Shown one piece after another: positions 1 to 10,989 of a DNA stretch of 64,000 bases (the stretch's first letter is position 1; each line of letters starts with the position of its first letter). A model generated the notes under the pieces. It had not been told where the DNA came from. It searched no databases and saw only the letters and a program-made list of their open reading frames with translations. The stretch covers positions 8,316 through 72,315 of the forward strand of contig JANXSN010000037.1 of assembly GCA_025352685.1 (NCBI GenBank). Direction: 5' to 3'. The DNA is from Sphingomonadales bacterium (GTDB lineage: Bacteria; Pseudomonadota; Alphaproteobacteria; Sphingomonadales; Sphingomonadaceae). The translations under genes were made by a program, and so were the position numbers.

Positions 1-380
1 CGCATACACCGGCGGTTGGCTGGGCTGCCGGGATCGAGCGATTAGGCATGCTTATCGAGGTGCCGGTTGAGCCTAAAATAGCTGTGATCCCCGACAATCC
101 TTCGCTTGAGCGCGAAGCGTACGACTTGGCGTATCGCCTCCGCCGACACGGATTCGCGGTGGTTATTGCCTATCGAGGTAACGCGAAGCGACAAGTCGAG
201 GTTGCAAAAAAAGAGGGTGCGGATGCTGCTCTTTTTGTCCGCGAGGCGAGCGGCAACGATTTCCTGCGCTATCACCTCGCTCATTTGAAGCCTGACCCCA
301 ATCGCGAGTTTCTGGCGAGAGTTATGGAGGCCGCAGGTGCCGGTGTCGGCGGTTTAACGAGCAAAGCCCCAGACGCATGA
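1..380 (+). CDS. hisS: histidine--tRNA ligase, C-terminal part (5' end outside window)
   Basis: Frame is open from base 3. It reads [14 protein letters not shown] (class II motif-3-like), then anticodon-binding-domain-like sequence. The stop overlaps the prfA ATG (ATGA at 377-380). Confidence 0.8.
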   Translation, partial: HTPAVGWAAGIERLGMLIEVPVEPKIAVIPDNPSLEREAYDLAYRLRRHGFAVVIAYRGNAKRQVEVAKKEGADAALFVREASGNDFLRYHLAHLKPDPNREFLARVMEAAGAGVGGLTSKAPDA

Positions 381-1450
381 CCACGATTTCCGACAAACGT
401 ATTGCCGCTATCGAGGCGCGGCGGGAGGAATTGCAACGGCAGCTTTCGGCAGGCGACCTTGCGACCGAGCGGTTGATCGCGCTGTCGAAGGAATATAGCG
501 AGCTTGAACCCGTGGCTGCTGCTGCTGCCGAATTGCGGCGTCTGCGCGCCGAACAGGCCGTGCTTGGCGACATGCTCAGGGATGCTGATCCCGAAATCCG
601 TCAAATGGCCGAGGAAGAGGCTCAGGTGTTGCGCGACGCACTGCCCGATGCCGAACGCGTGTTGGCGCTCAAGCTCCTGCCTCGTGATGCCGCGGACGAG
701 CGGGCCGCGATGCTCGAAATCCGTGCTGGTACTGGCGGTGACGAAGCCGCGCTTTTTGCGGGTGACCTGTTTCGCATGTACCAGCGCTATGCCGAAGAGC
801 GGGGCTGGCGCGTCGAAATCATTTCTGCGAGCGCGGCCGATGTCGGCGGGTACAAGGAGGTCGTCGCCAGTGTGAACGGTAATGGCGTGTTCGCCCGGCT
901 GAAATTCGAAAGCGGCGTCCACCGCGTGCAGCGCGTTCCGGCGACTGAATCGGGCGGACGCATTCACACCTCCGCCGCAACCGTTGCCGTGTTGCCTGAG
1001 GCCGAGGAAGTTGACGTGCAGATCAACGATGCGGACCTGCGTATCGACGTTTATCGCTCATCAGGGCCTGGGGGGCAGTCAGTCAATACTACTGACAGTG
1101 CTGTGCGGATCACACACTTGCCCAGCGGCCTCGTCGTTATTCAACAGGACGAGAAATCGCAGCACAAGAACAAGGCTAAGGCGCTCAAGGTGTTGCGTAC
1201 ACGACTATATGAACTTGAGCGCAGTCGCCTCGCTGACGAACGGTCTGGCGCGCGCAAAGCCATGGTCGGGTCAGGGGATCGGTCCGAACGCATCCGGACC
1301 TACAATTTCCCGCAAGGCCGCGTGACCGACCATCGGATCAATCTGACCCTGCATCGGCTGCCTGAGATCTTGGAGGGTGCGATGGACGAATTGATCGGCG
1401 CGCTGATCTCCGAGGATGAGGCCGCACGATTGGGGGCGTTGGGTGACTAG
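377..1450 (+). CDS. prfA: peptide chain release factor 1
   Basis: 357 aa. GGQ motif ([12 protein letters not shown]), RF1-type PAT tripeptide (RVPATES), typical RF1 length. Confidence 0.95.
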   Translation: MTTISDKRIAAIEARREELQRQLSAGDLATERLIALSKEYSELEPVAAAAAELRRLRAEQAVLGDMLRDADPEIRQMAEEEAQVLRDALPDAERVLALKLLPRDAADERAAMLEIRAGTGGDEAALFAGDLFRMYQRYAEERGWRVEIISASAADVGGYKEVVASVNGNGVFARLKFESGVHRVQRVPATESGGRIHTSAATVAVLPEAEEVDVQINDADLRIDVYRSSGPGGQSVNTTDSAVRITHLPSGLVVIQQDEKSQHKNKAKALKVLRTRLYELERSRLADERSGARKAMVGSGDRSERIRTYNFPQGRVTDHRINLTLHRLPEILEGAMDELIGALISEDEAARLGALGD

Positions 1451-2270
1451 CCCTCAGGGGGAAGAGCTGCGACGCGCCACCGACCGCCTGACCCCCGTTT
1501 CTGCGACCCCGCGTCTGGACGCTGAGCTGCTGCTTTCGCACGCGCTGGGAATCAGCCGCGAAGCGCTGCTTCTCGGTTCGCATGTTGTTCCCAAAATCTT
1601 CGAATTGTTGGTCGCGCGCCGCCTCACTGACGAACCTATTGCGTACATCACCGGCACGCGCGACTTCTGGACGGTCACTCTCAAAGTTGGCCCTGGCGTC
1701 CTCATCCCACGGCCCGATAGCGAAACGCTGATGGAAGCAGCCGTCGCCCATTTCGGGAAGGCTGGGCCGCGCCGCGTGCTTGATCTTGGCACGGGCTCGG
1801 GCGCCCTGCTCCTTGCGGCGCTCGATCATTGGCCCGCTGCGACGGGCGTCGGAACTGATGCGTCTGACGCCGCGCTGAGCATCGCGCGGACCAACGTCGA
1901 GGCCATCGCTCCCGAACGCGCCGCCACCTGCATTAGTGGCTGGCATGGAACCGGCGAAACCTTTGACCTCATTTTCTGTAACCCGCCGTATATAGCGACT
2001 CACGAGGCAGTGCCGCGCGGCGTCGCTGACTGGGAGCCGGCCTGCGCGCTGTTTGCGGGGGAAGATGGGCTTGATGACTATCGCGTCCTTGCTACGGTTC
2101 TCAAGCCTCAGCTTGCGCCGGGAGGGCTCGCGTGCCTCGAAATCGGCCATCAACAGCGTGAAGCCGTCACAGCGCTGTTTGAAGTGCAGGGTTTTAAGGT
2201 CGATTGTCGCCCTGATCTGGCAGGTCGGGACCGCTGCCTCATTGTTTCCGAACACGACCCCGCGAAATAA
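1416..2270 (+). CDS. prmC: release factor glutamine N5-methyltransferase PrmC/HemK
   Basis: SAM motif [11 protein letters not shown] and NPPY motif (FCNPPYI); lies downstream of prfA. The true start may be the in-frame GTG at 1443. Confidence 0.9.
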   Translation: MRPHDWGRWVTSPQGEELRRATDRLTPVSATPRLDAELLLSHALGISREALLLGSHVVPKIFELLVARRLTDEPIAYITGTRDFWTVTLKVGPGVLIPRPDSETLMEAAVAHFGKAGPRRVLDLGTGSGALLLAALDHWPAATGVGTDASDAALSIARTNVEAIAPERAATCISGWHGTGETFDLIFCNPPYIATHEAVPRGVADWEPACALFAGEDGLDDYRVLATVLKPQLAPGGLACLEIGHQQREAVTALFEVQGFKVDCRPDLAGRDRCLIVSEHDPAK

Positions 2271-2493
2271 TGCTTGGCGGCTCCGATCTACAGCGCTAAT
2301 ACGAGTTGCAAGGGGCGAACGCATTCTCCAGCTTTTTAAGCGAATGCGCCGTTGCCCTACCCCCACTATACTCCGGCCCCAGGCGGTTCGCTTTGGTTCG
2401 GCGAGGCGGCTGATCGTCCGGCGGTTCGGATACGACAGCACGCACGGGGGGAAAAAGGGATTGCACTTACTCCTTGTTTAGGACGGCATCAGC

Positions 2494-3420
2494 TTGATCA
2501 ACAATCGTCAGCAGACCGGTCGCCGTCGCGGCCGGGGCGGCCAGAATGGCCAACGTCAGCAGAACGGACGGCCCGAAATGGGCAACCGCATCGACAATCG
2601 TGCGCGTGGAAACGCGCCGCAATTGCTCGAAAAATATAAAACGCTTGCGCGCGACGCGCAGCAATCAGGCGACCGCGTGCTCGCCGAATATTACTTTCAG
2701 TTCGCCGACCATTATTTCCGCGTGCTGGCCGAAAGCCGTGCGCGGTACGAAGAAGCCAATCCAAATCGTCCCCGCCAGGACTATGGCGACCAGGACAACG
2801 AGGGCTTTGACGGCGACGGCAACGAGGGTGACAGCGACGGTGAATTCGAAGCACCACGCGACGCGCGTCCACAGCCGAATCGGTCAGATAATCGCGGCGA
2901 TCAGCAGCCACGCCCATATCGGGATGATCGCCCCCGCAGCGATCAGAATCGCGACGATCGTCCCCGCACTGATCAGAATCGTGATGATCGTCCCCGCAGC
3001 GATCAGAATCGCGACGATCGCCCCCGCAGCGATCAGAACCGCAGCGATCAGAACCGCAGTGATCAGCCGCGTCAGGACCGAGAAGTGCGTCCAGAGCGTG
3101 CGAGCGAAGATCGTCCGCAACGCACCGATCGCTACCAGCGTGACGACCGCCCCCGTGAAGACCGTCCCCGGGAAGACCGTCCGCGCCAGGATCGCACCCG
3201 AACCGCCGCACCGCGTGCACAGCCCAATGGGAACGGCAGCAGTGTGGCCCATGACGACGACTTCGACCTCGGCAATGCGCTTCCTTTCGACGCTTTGCCG
3301 CCGGCTATCGGCGTCTCGGCGATGGAGCCGGTTCCAGGGGTCGAGGGTGAGGCGGTCGTCGTGCCAAAAAAGCGCGGTCGGCCAAAGAAGGTTGTCGCCG
3401 AAGTAACCACCGAGGAATAA
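2494..3420 (+). CDS. DUF4167 domain-containing protein (Arg/Asp/Gln-rich, repeat-containing)
   Basis: N-terminus has RRRGRGGQNGQRQQN followed by LLEKYKTLARDAQQSGDRVLAEYYFQFADHYFRVL, as I recall for alphaproteobacterial DUF4167 proteins. TTG start in the ORF track, so the start is uncertain. Confidence 0.75.
   Translation: MINNRQQTGRRRGRGGQNGQRQQNGRPEMGNRIDNRARGNAPQLLEKYKTLARDAQQSGDRVLAEYYFQFADHYFRVLAESRARYEEANPNRPRQDYGDQDNEGFDGDGNEGDSDGEFEAPRDARPQPNRSDNRGDQQPRPYRDDRPRSDQNRDDRPRTDQNRDDRPRSDQNRDDRPRSDQNRSDQNRSDQPRQDREVRPERASEDRPQRTDRYQRDDRPREDRPREDRPRQDRTRTAAPRAQPNGNGSSVAHDDDFDLGNALPFDALPPAIGVSAMEPVPGVEGEAVVVPKKRGRPKKVVAEVTTEE
2923..3072 (+). repeat. in-frame tandem repeat: four 30-bp units (DDRPRSDQNR) followed by 15-bp half units (SDQNR)
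   Basis: Units at 2923-2952, 2953-2982, 2983-3012 and 3013-3042 differ at only a few positions. Half units at 3043-3057 and 3058-3072. Confidence 0.9.
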
Positions 3421-3429
3421 GCCAAAGGA

Positions 3430-3455
3430 GTCGTCCCGGCGAATACCGGGGCGAC
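3430..3455 (+). terminator. GC-rich hairpin after the DUF4167 gene (no U-tract)
   Basis: gtcgtcccgg / cgaata / ccggggcgac. 10-bp stem with one G-U pair and a 6-nt loop. It is followed by cccggcg, not T-rich. Confidence 0.35.
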
Positions 3456-3744
3456 CCCGGCGTCGTTGCCCGTAAGACGGACGGCATGGTGACGGTTACA
3501 AATAATAATCCCTATCCCGTCTCATTTGAGGCCAAACTCGGCGTCGGCACTCTGAGAGGATTTTCGACCAGGGTCGGCAAGAGGAACGGTGCTTCAATTT
3601 GGGCCGTGGCCGCTCCTGCTCAGGGGAGAGTGACGCTGAATTTTCGGGAAACAAATTAGTCGCTTTACCGAAAAGGCCGAAGCGCCCGAGGATCGCCCAT
3701 CGTGCGCTCAAAACTAAAGCGTCCGCGTTCAAAAGAGGGGGGCA

Positions 3745-4131
3745 CTATTTTTCGGATAGAGCCCGAGGTCGGAAGTCGTCATCCAGCGCAACGAACGTGA
3801 AAACGCCGCTTGTGACCTTGACCTCGTCTTCCCCGCGGTTGCGGCTGGCAATAACGTCGAGGCGGATCGCAACCGAGGTGCGTCCACGTCGCTCGATCCG
3901 GGCATAAACCGAAATCAGGTCGCGGAGCAGGATCGGCGCGAGAAATTGCATCGTCTCGATTGCCACTGTCGCACAGGCGCCCTGTGCAATACGGCCAGCA
4001 ACGATGCCGCCGGCTATATCCATCTGACTAAGGACCCAGCCCCCAAAGATATGACCGTTCGAATTGATGTCGGCCGGTTGCGGTACGACGCGCAGGATAG
4101 GTTCGCCCAGGACTTCGCCGAAATGGTTCAC
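3745..4131 (-). CDS. acyl-CoA thioesterase (hotdog fold, YciA-like)
   Basis: 128 aa. NSNGHIFGGWVLSQMDIAGG and VAIETMQFLAPI blocks are typical of YciA-type thioesterases. Confidence 0.85.
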   Translation of the reverse strand: MNHFGEVLGEPILRVVPQPADINSNGHIFGGWVLSQMDIAGGIVAGRIAQGACATVAIETMQFLAPILLRDLISVYARIERRGRTSVAIRLDVIASRNRGEDEVKVTSGVFTFVALDDDFRPRALSEK

Positions 4132-4418
4132 CGTTCCTCCTCAGGACGGGTCGGATCCATAATCTTGTCGTCATGTCCGGTTCCGGACGAAAGGAAAACC
4201 AGACCCATCAGTGCGGCAGCAAGCAGAACCGAAAAGAAAATGCCGCCCGCGGAAAATAGGGTTACCAGCAATGGCATCGGTCCGATCGCCAGGTAAAGTG
4301 CGGACAAGCCCACGCCGACCGCACAGGCTGAAGCAAGCGTCATCCATCGCAAGAGCCGCTTGTAGCGACCCCAGGCGAAACGGGCGTAGTCGGGATTGTC
4401 GAGGTCGGGGTGGTTCAC
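4128..4418 (-). CDS. small integral membrane protein, function unknown
   Basis: 96 aa with two clear hydrophobic helices. Its stop overlaps the thioesterase start by 4 nt (coupled). Confidence 0.55.
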   Translation of the reverse strand: MNHPDLDNPDYARFAWGRYKRLLRWMTLASACAVGVGLSALYLAIGPMPLLVTLFSAGGIFFSVLLAAALMGLVFLSSGTGHDDKIMDPTRPEEER

Positions 4419-4496
4419 GCGGCTTTCCTTTACGGCCAGCTCGTGGGATCATACGCCACAGCGACCAAAACAGAGTCGTCTGTAGGAGATGAGCCG

Positions 4497-4922
4497 ATGA
4501 CTGTCAGGGCCATTCTTTCGGGCAAAGGCGGCGACGTTAAATCAATCGCTCCCGACGCGACCGTCGCCGATGCAGTCAAACTGCTTGCCCAGCACAGGAT
4601 CGGGGCAGTGCCGGTTACCGATGTGACGGGCGTGATCGGCATATTTTCCGAGCGAGACGTCATATACGCATTGGCACGCGAAGGATCCACGGCGCTCGAC
4701 CACAAAATTAGCGATGTCATGACGACGCCTGCGCTGACGGTGGAAACTGATGCACCCGTCATGTCGGCGCTGTCGATGATGAGCAGACGGCGCATCCGTC
4801 ACCTGCCCGTCGTGGAAGACGGCAAGATGGTGGGCTTCGTGTCGATCGGCGATCTCGTTAAATCCCGCATTGACCAGATCGAAGCCGAAGCTGCGGCGCT
4901 GAGGGAGTATATCGCGAGCTGA
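4497..4922 (+). CDS. CBS domain-containing protein
   Basis: ATG at 4497 is preceded by AGGAGA (4484-4489). Two CBS-like repeats (HRIGAVPV..., RRIRHLPVVEDGKMVGFVSIGDL). The longer ORF from 4410 is rejected. Confidence 0.85.
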   Translation: MTVRAILSGKGGDVKSIAPDATVADAVKLLAQHRIGAVPVTDVTGVIGIFSERDVIYALAREGSTALDHKISDVMTTPALTVETDAPVMSALSMMSRRRIRHLPVVEDGKMVGFVSIGDLVKSRIDQIEAEAAALREYIAS

Positions 4923-5480
4923 TCAGCTTCTGATGACGCCGGCTGCCGAAAACGCCAGAGGTTCGTCGGGCGGTGTCCCCGGCTGGCTGAGTTCGCGCTG
5001 CCAAATACCGACATCGATCCACTGACCATTTTTATAGCTGATCTCGCGATAAACGCCGGCGCGACGGAATCCCAATGCCTCGTGCAGCAGAATAGCTTTG
5101 TCCTGCGGCATGGTCAGGGTGCTGACAGCCTGGGTGTAGTTCATCGCGGTTAGCGTCGCGAGCAACGCCAGGTAGAGTGCCCGCCGGACGCCCTGTCCCT
5201 CGAGCTCGCCCGCCACATAGCAGGCCGTTTCAACCGAAAAGCGATAGGCTGAGCCAGGCCTTGTCGGCTTGGCAAAAGCATAACCGAGCACAAGTGTGCT
5301 GTCGTCATCATAGGCAACGATCCACGGATGCGCATCGCCCGCGGCCGAAATCCGCGCGTGCATGTCCTTGACGGTGGGAGGCATGCTTTCGAACGAGACC
5401 GCGTTGGTCACAACATAGGGACCGTAAATGCCAAGCAGCGCCTGTGCATCGTCGGGCGTGGCAGGGCGGAGTGCGATCAT
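4923..5480 (-). CDS. GNAT family N-acetyltransferase (phosphinothricin-acetyltransferase-like)
   Basis: MIALRPATPDDAQALLGIY..., GQGVRRALYLALL acetyl-CoA-binding-type block. The ATG at 5480 overlaps the sppA stop (ATGA). Confidence 0.8.
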   Translation of the reverse strand: MIALRPATPDDAQALLGIYGPYVVTNAVSFESMPPTVKDMHARISAAGDAHPWIVAYDDDSTLVLGYAFAKPTRPGSAYRFSVETACYVAGELEGQGVRRALYLALLATLTAMNYTQAVSTLTMPQDKAILLHEALGFRRAGVYREISYKNGQWIDVGIWQRELSQPGTPPDEPLAFSAAGVIRS

Positions 5481-7327
5481 GCACTGATCCAATCGGCGAC
5501 GAGCTGCAGAACGGTTGTGGACTTCAGCGGGGTCGCTGTCACAGGGCATTCGAGACAGCGGGCTTGAATCGCCGAAGAAGACATCATCAGTCGCGCGTCC
5601 TCTGCAACGCTCGTAAATGTCGCCATCCGTTGGCGTGCCAAGGTCGACAGCAGATCAGTTGACGTCGTAGCCTCTTCTTCGGCGCCGAACATCGATGCCA
5701 GAGCTTCGGGCCAACCGGGTTCCTTGTCGAGCCAGACTGCGTGGGCGGCAGAAGGATCAAGCTTTGCCCGCCGTGCGGCTTCGGCAATCGCATCGTCGAT
5801 GCCGCCAAAGGCGTCGATCAGGCCAAGCTGATGCGCTGAGCCGCCGTCCCAAACGCGGCCCTGTGCGATCTCGTTTACCCGCTCAGGCGTTAACTTGCGG
5901 GCGCTGCTAACCAGATTGACGAAGCGCCGATAACCCGATTCAATGCTCGTCTGGATAATCGTGTCAAACGCGGCATTGGTGCCGGCAACGACGTCAGGTT
6001 GGCCGGATAACGGCGTCGTTGTCACCCCATCAGTGGTGATCCCAATCTTCTTCAGGCTGTTTTCAAATGTGGGGATAATGCCAAAAATTCCGATAGACCC
6101 CGTGATGGTTGATGGCTCGGCAAATACCTTGTCCCCGGCCATCGACACCCAATATCCGCCCGAGGCTGCGACGTTGCCCATCGACACAATGACGGGCATG
6201 CCTTTCGCGCGCGCCGCAACCAGCGACGACCTGATGCGTTCGGACGCGAGTGCGGACCCGCCAGGTGAATCAACCCGCAGCACGAGTGCTTTGTATTTGT
6301 TGGCGGCAACCGCCTTGTCGATGATCTTGCTGACCGTGTCGCCGCCAGCACTGCCGGATCCGGCTTCGCCGTCCTCGATTACACCAGCGACGGTGACGAT
6401 GCCGATGGTGCTGTCGCCGGGTTTGTGCGGGTTGCCCGCGATATAGGGTTTCAAGTCGATTCGGGCGTAGGGCTGATCCTTGCGTCCGGGGCCGGCAATC
6501 GTTGCCACTCGCTTGTTAAACGCGGCGCGGTCGGCCAGTTTGTCAACGATACCTGCTTTTAATGCGGCGGTTGCAGGATCGCCACTTGCCGCCACTGCCC
6601 CTGCTGGATCAGCGATGAAAGCAGCGAGCTGCGCCTTTGGCCGAGCCCGGCCAACTTCGGCCTGCCAGCCCTGCCACAACGACGCCGCCAACGCTTGGCT
6701 CGCTTGCTTGGCTTCGGGCGACTGGCCGTCGCGAATGTACGGCTCAACCGCCGATTTGAATTTGCCGACGCGATAAACGTGCACATTGGCACCCACCTTA
6801 TCGAGCAGTCCCTTGTAGTAGAGCCTCGATCCACCTGGTCCTTGGAACAGGGCGATCCCCATCGGGTCGAGCCAAATCTCTGACGCATGCGCAGCAAGCT
6901 GATAGGCTTCGTCGCTGTAGCCTGTCGCGTAGGCGAGAACGGGTTTTTTCGCCCGCACCTTGTCGAGCGAGGTCGCAACATCGCCTAGCGCAACCTGCCC
7001 GCCGCCGAGAAAGCCGTCGAAATCGAGCACCACTGTCTTGACCCGGTCGTCGGTCGCTGCGGCATCAAGCGCAGCGACGATGTCGCGCAAGCGAAATTGC
7101 TTAGCCTGACGGCCGCCGGACAGAGCCTGGGTCGGGCTGATACTCGCGGGCTGTTCGACAACGCTGCCTTTGAGCTCGAGCACAAGCGCGCCAGTGCCGA
7201 CCGCCTTGGTGCTCGGTCTTGCAGAGAGCGCCGCTGCCAGAACGCCGAAGAAGATCAGCATGAACACGAGGACAAGCGCGTCCTTGATGCCGACCAAGAC
7301 GCGCCAAGCGCCGCTTACCAAATTCAT
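5477..7327 (-). CDS. sppA: signal peptide peptidase SppA, 67K type
   Basis: 616 aa. N-terminal TM helix, two S49 halves, GNVAASGGYW catalytic-Ser block. Confidence 0.9.
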   Translation of the reverse strand: MNLVSGAWRVLVGIKDALVLVFMLIFFGVLAAALSARPSTKAVGTGALVLELKGSVVEQPASISPTQALSGGRQAKQFRLRDIVAALDAAATDDRVKTVVLDFDGFLGGGQVALGDVATSLDKVRAKKPVLAYATGYSDEAYQLAAHASEIWLDPMGIALFQGPGGSRLYYKGLLDKVGANVHVYRVGKFKSAVEPYIRDGQSPEAKQASQALAASLWQGWQAEVGRARPKAQLAAFIADPAGAVAASGDPATAALKAGIVDKLADRAAFNKRVATIAGPGRKDQPYARIDLKPYIAGNPHKPGDSTIGIVTVAGVIEDGEAGSGSAGGDTVSKIIDKAVAANKYKALVLRVDSPGGSALASERIRSSLVAARAKGMPVIVSMGNVAASGGYWVSMAGDKVFAEPSTITGSIGIFGIIPTFENSLKKIGITTDGVTTTPLSGQPDVVAGTNAAFDTIIQTSIESGYRRFVNLVSSARKLTPERVNEIAQGRVWDGGSAHQLGLIDAFGGIDDAIAEAARRAKLDPSAAHAVWLDKEPGWPEALASMFGAEEEATTSTDLLSTLARQRMATFTSVAEDARLMMSSSAIQARCLECPVTATPLKSTTVLQLVADWISA

Positions 7328-7351
7328 TACATCGCCGTCCCGTTAGGTGTG

Positions 7352-8472
7352 TTACCGCGCTAGCGCAGGGCGGCGGCGGTGTAAACGCAGGTGTCGCTGT
7401 TCAAGATATGTCACCCGCATTAGCGCCAGATCGCGCTTGGTCACGCCGACTTCTTTGTCGAGGTAGGCGTCGACCGACCCCCATCGCGCATCAATTTCGG
7501 CAAAGGCTCCATCTAACAGGCTCCATCGAGAAACGCTTTCCCGGTTGCGTCTTTCAGGGGCCGCGGCCTGCTCGACGCGCCGCCTTTTTGCTAGGCTACA
7601 AACAGGGCGGCGACCGGTTTGGCCTTTGCCGTTGCGGCGTCGATCCTGAGCAGTTCGAATTATGGCTGGCGATAGGTCGTCGACAGGCGGTGGTCAGACG
7701 TGATTGTTTCGCGCAACACGCCGAGCGCGCTCAGCACCATGGCAGTCGTGAATCCGGTACGGTACTGTCTGGCCGAGCAGTAATAGACCAGCGGGCCCGT
7801 CTGTGGATCAGATCGGCGAATACGATGCGAATCTGCGGCGCAAGGGACGTCGGGAAATTACGATACAGATCGATGTCATTGGTCATCGCGCGGCGATCGC
7901 CAATCATCGTCGTCATCGAATAATCGATTGCGGCATAGCGGATGCCGGCCGGCCGGGTCGGCGCGAGGGCACGTTTTCTTTTGACCGTAGATCAACGATA
8001 TTTTTCAGTCCGAGTGCCTTGATTCGGGCAACGTCATTAACAATCAGCAAGGGCGTTGCTCCCGAACGATAGATCGTTCCCAGCCGACCTGCTTGGCTCT
8101 TGCAGCAGCATAGCCGCCGATGTCGCGAAAGTTCGAGCCCTCTGCGGACTGAACAAGTCGGTCGGCCGTTCAGATAACAGTTTTCTGCCCGACCTCGCGA
8201 AGCACGAAATAGCGGCGCGCCGACCCGGCGTCGGACAGGGTAAAGCGACCGTTGCCGGTGGCATACGCGACGAGTTTGGCTGCCTTGGGCGTCGCGTCAG
8301 GTTCGCCGGCGACGGAGACATCCACAGGATTTTTCGCGATCCAGCTCACCGCCAGCGCCCGGCCCTGACGGGTGACGGCGGCGTCGTCGGCGTCGTCAAG
8401 CGCCCAGGTAGGCGTTGACGGGAACGCGAGCAGTGCGGCAATCATGAGCCGCCCGATGAGCCTGCAGATCAC
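7352..8472 (-). pseudogene. tyrosine-protein phosphatase family (Y_phosphatase3-like) gene, decayed
   Basis: Signal peptide ORF 8170-8472 ends at an in-frame TGA (8170-8172). The same frame continues with GSNFRDIGGY. IYRSGATPLLIVNDVARIKALGLKNIVDLRSKE, KRALAPTRPAGIRYAAIDY..., GPLVYYCSARQYRTGF (CX5R) and AFAEIDARWGSVDAYLDKEVGVTKRDLALMRVTYLEQ lie in different frames. In-frame TAA at 7660-7662 and TAG at 7591-7593. Confidence 0.65.
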
Positions 8473-8721
8473 TCGACCGCGTCTTGACGTTGGTTCCGAT
8501 GCCAGACCTGTGGCGGTCGTTGAAGATGGCTCCGAGTCTATGGCGATTTTCTCGCGGGTGGGAGACGCATCTCCATGTGCCGGCGTTATATCTGCCTCGT
8601 ATCAGTGATAAATTGGGTTTATTGAAAAGTTCGTTCGGAGAAGGGGCGGTGGCTTTTCCTGCGGCACGAGGGCACTCGACATGATGATGCGCCGTACTAC
8701 CGCACTTTTTTGTCCGCTCGG

Positions 8722-8750
8722 GTTGACGTGCCCAAGCACCGTCCACATAT
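8722..8750 (+). promoter_or_regulatory. candidate RpoH (sigma-32)-type promoter of groESL
   Basis: GTTGACG (8722-8728), a 14-nt spacer, then CCACATAT (8743-8750). Resembles CTTGAAA-N13-15-CCCCATNT. Lies just upstream of CIRCE. Confidence 0.35.
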
Positions 8751-8758
8751 GGTCAGTG

Positions 8759-8785
8759 CTGGCACTCGTATTGGACGAGTGCCAA
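8759..8785. promoter_or_regulatory. CIRCE operator (HrcA binding site)
   Basis: CTGGCACTC-N9-GAGTGCCAA, a 9-bp perfect inverted repeat matching the TTAGCACTC-N9-GAGTGCTAA consensus at most positions. About 58 nt upstream of the groES ATG. Confidence 0.75.
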
Positions 8786-8842
8786 GTGTGATTCACGGGT
8801 CCGCTCGCGATGAGTGATCCAGAGACAAAAAGGGTAAGTGAT

Positions 8843-9130
8843 ATGGCATTTCGACCCCTGCACGATCGCGTGCTGGTTCGCCGCGTCGAAGCGGAAGAAA
8901 AAACAGCTGGCGGCATCATCATCCCCGACACCGCCAAGGAAAAGCCTCAGGAAGGCGAAGTCGTCTCGGTTGGCACCGGAACCAAAGCTGAGGACGGCAC
9001 GATCACGCCACTGGACGTCAAGGCTGGCGACAAGATCCTGTTTGGCAAATGGTCGGGGACAGAGGTCAAGCTCGACTGCGAAGACCTGCTGATCATGAAA
9101 GAGTCGGACATTCTCGGGATCGTTGGCTGA
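8843..9130 (+). CDS. groES: co-chaperonin GroES
   Basis: [38 protein letters not shown]... (95 aa from the ATG at 8843). Confidence 0.97.
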   Translation: MAFRPLHDRVLVRRVEAEEKTAGGIIIPDTAKEKPQEGEVVSVGTGTKAEDGTITPLDVKAGDKILFGKWSGTEVKLDCEDLLIMKESDILGIVG

Positions 9131-9160
9131 CCCTTCGTTAGTCTTTTTCCTAGCCTTTGA

Positions 9161-10834
<1,674 letters not shown>

Positions 10835-10957
10835 TTTCGGACCGGGCCAGCAATGCTGGTCCGGCCACGAAGTTGGAGCGGCTGTCGTCCTCGGTCTTGT
10901 GGCCGGGAGACAGCGCGTGGCGCCCGAGGCGTTTCACGCCGACGTCGACCAAACATA

Positions 10958-10989
10958 TAAGGGGCTGGAGGCGCAATCCTCCGGCCCCT
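10958..10989 (+). terminator. hairpin downstream of groEL
   Basis: aaggggctggagg / cgcaat / cctccggcccctt. 13-bp stem with one G-U pair. Followed by atctgtg, a weak U-tract. Confidence 0.5.

Noticed and set aside
1338-2441. 367-aa minus-strand ORF
   Set aside because: It is antisense to prfA/prmC, which have unambiguous motifs. The composition is Arg-rich and implausible.
3486-3659. 57-codon plus-strand ORF in the DUF4167/thioesterase spacer
   Set aside because: It has no SD sequence, mixed codon bias and no recognisable motif. It is kept only as part of the unexplained-spacer finding.
8170-8172. In-frame TGA in the phosphatase-family gene as possible selenocysteine or programmed read-through
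   Set aside because: The same gene needs several additional frameshifts and has two more stops. Decay is the simpler explanation, and no SECIS-like hairpin is evident.
8760-8775. TGGCAC...TTGG resembling a sigma-54 promoter upstream of groES
   Set aside because: The TGGCAC is the left arm of the CIRCE inverted repeat. The -12 element is TTGGA rather than TTGC, and groESL is not a known RpoN target.
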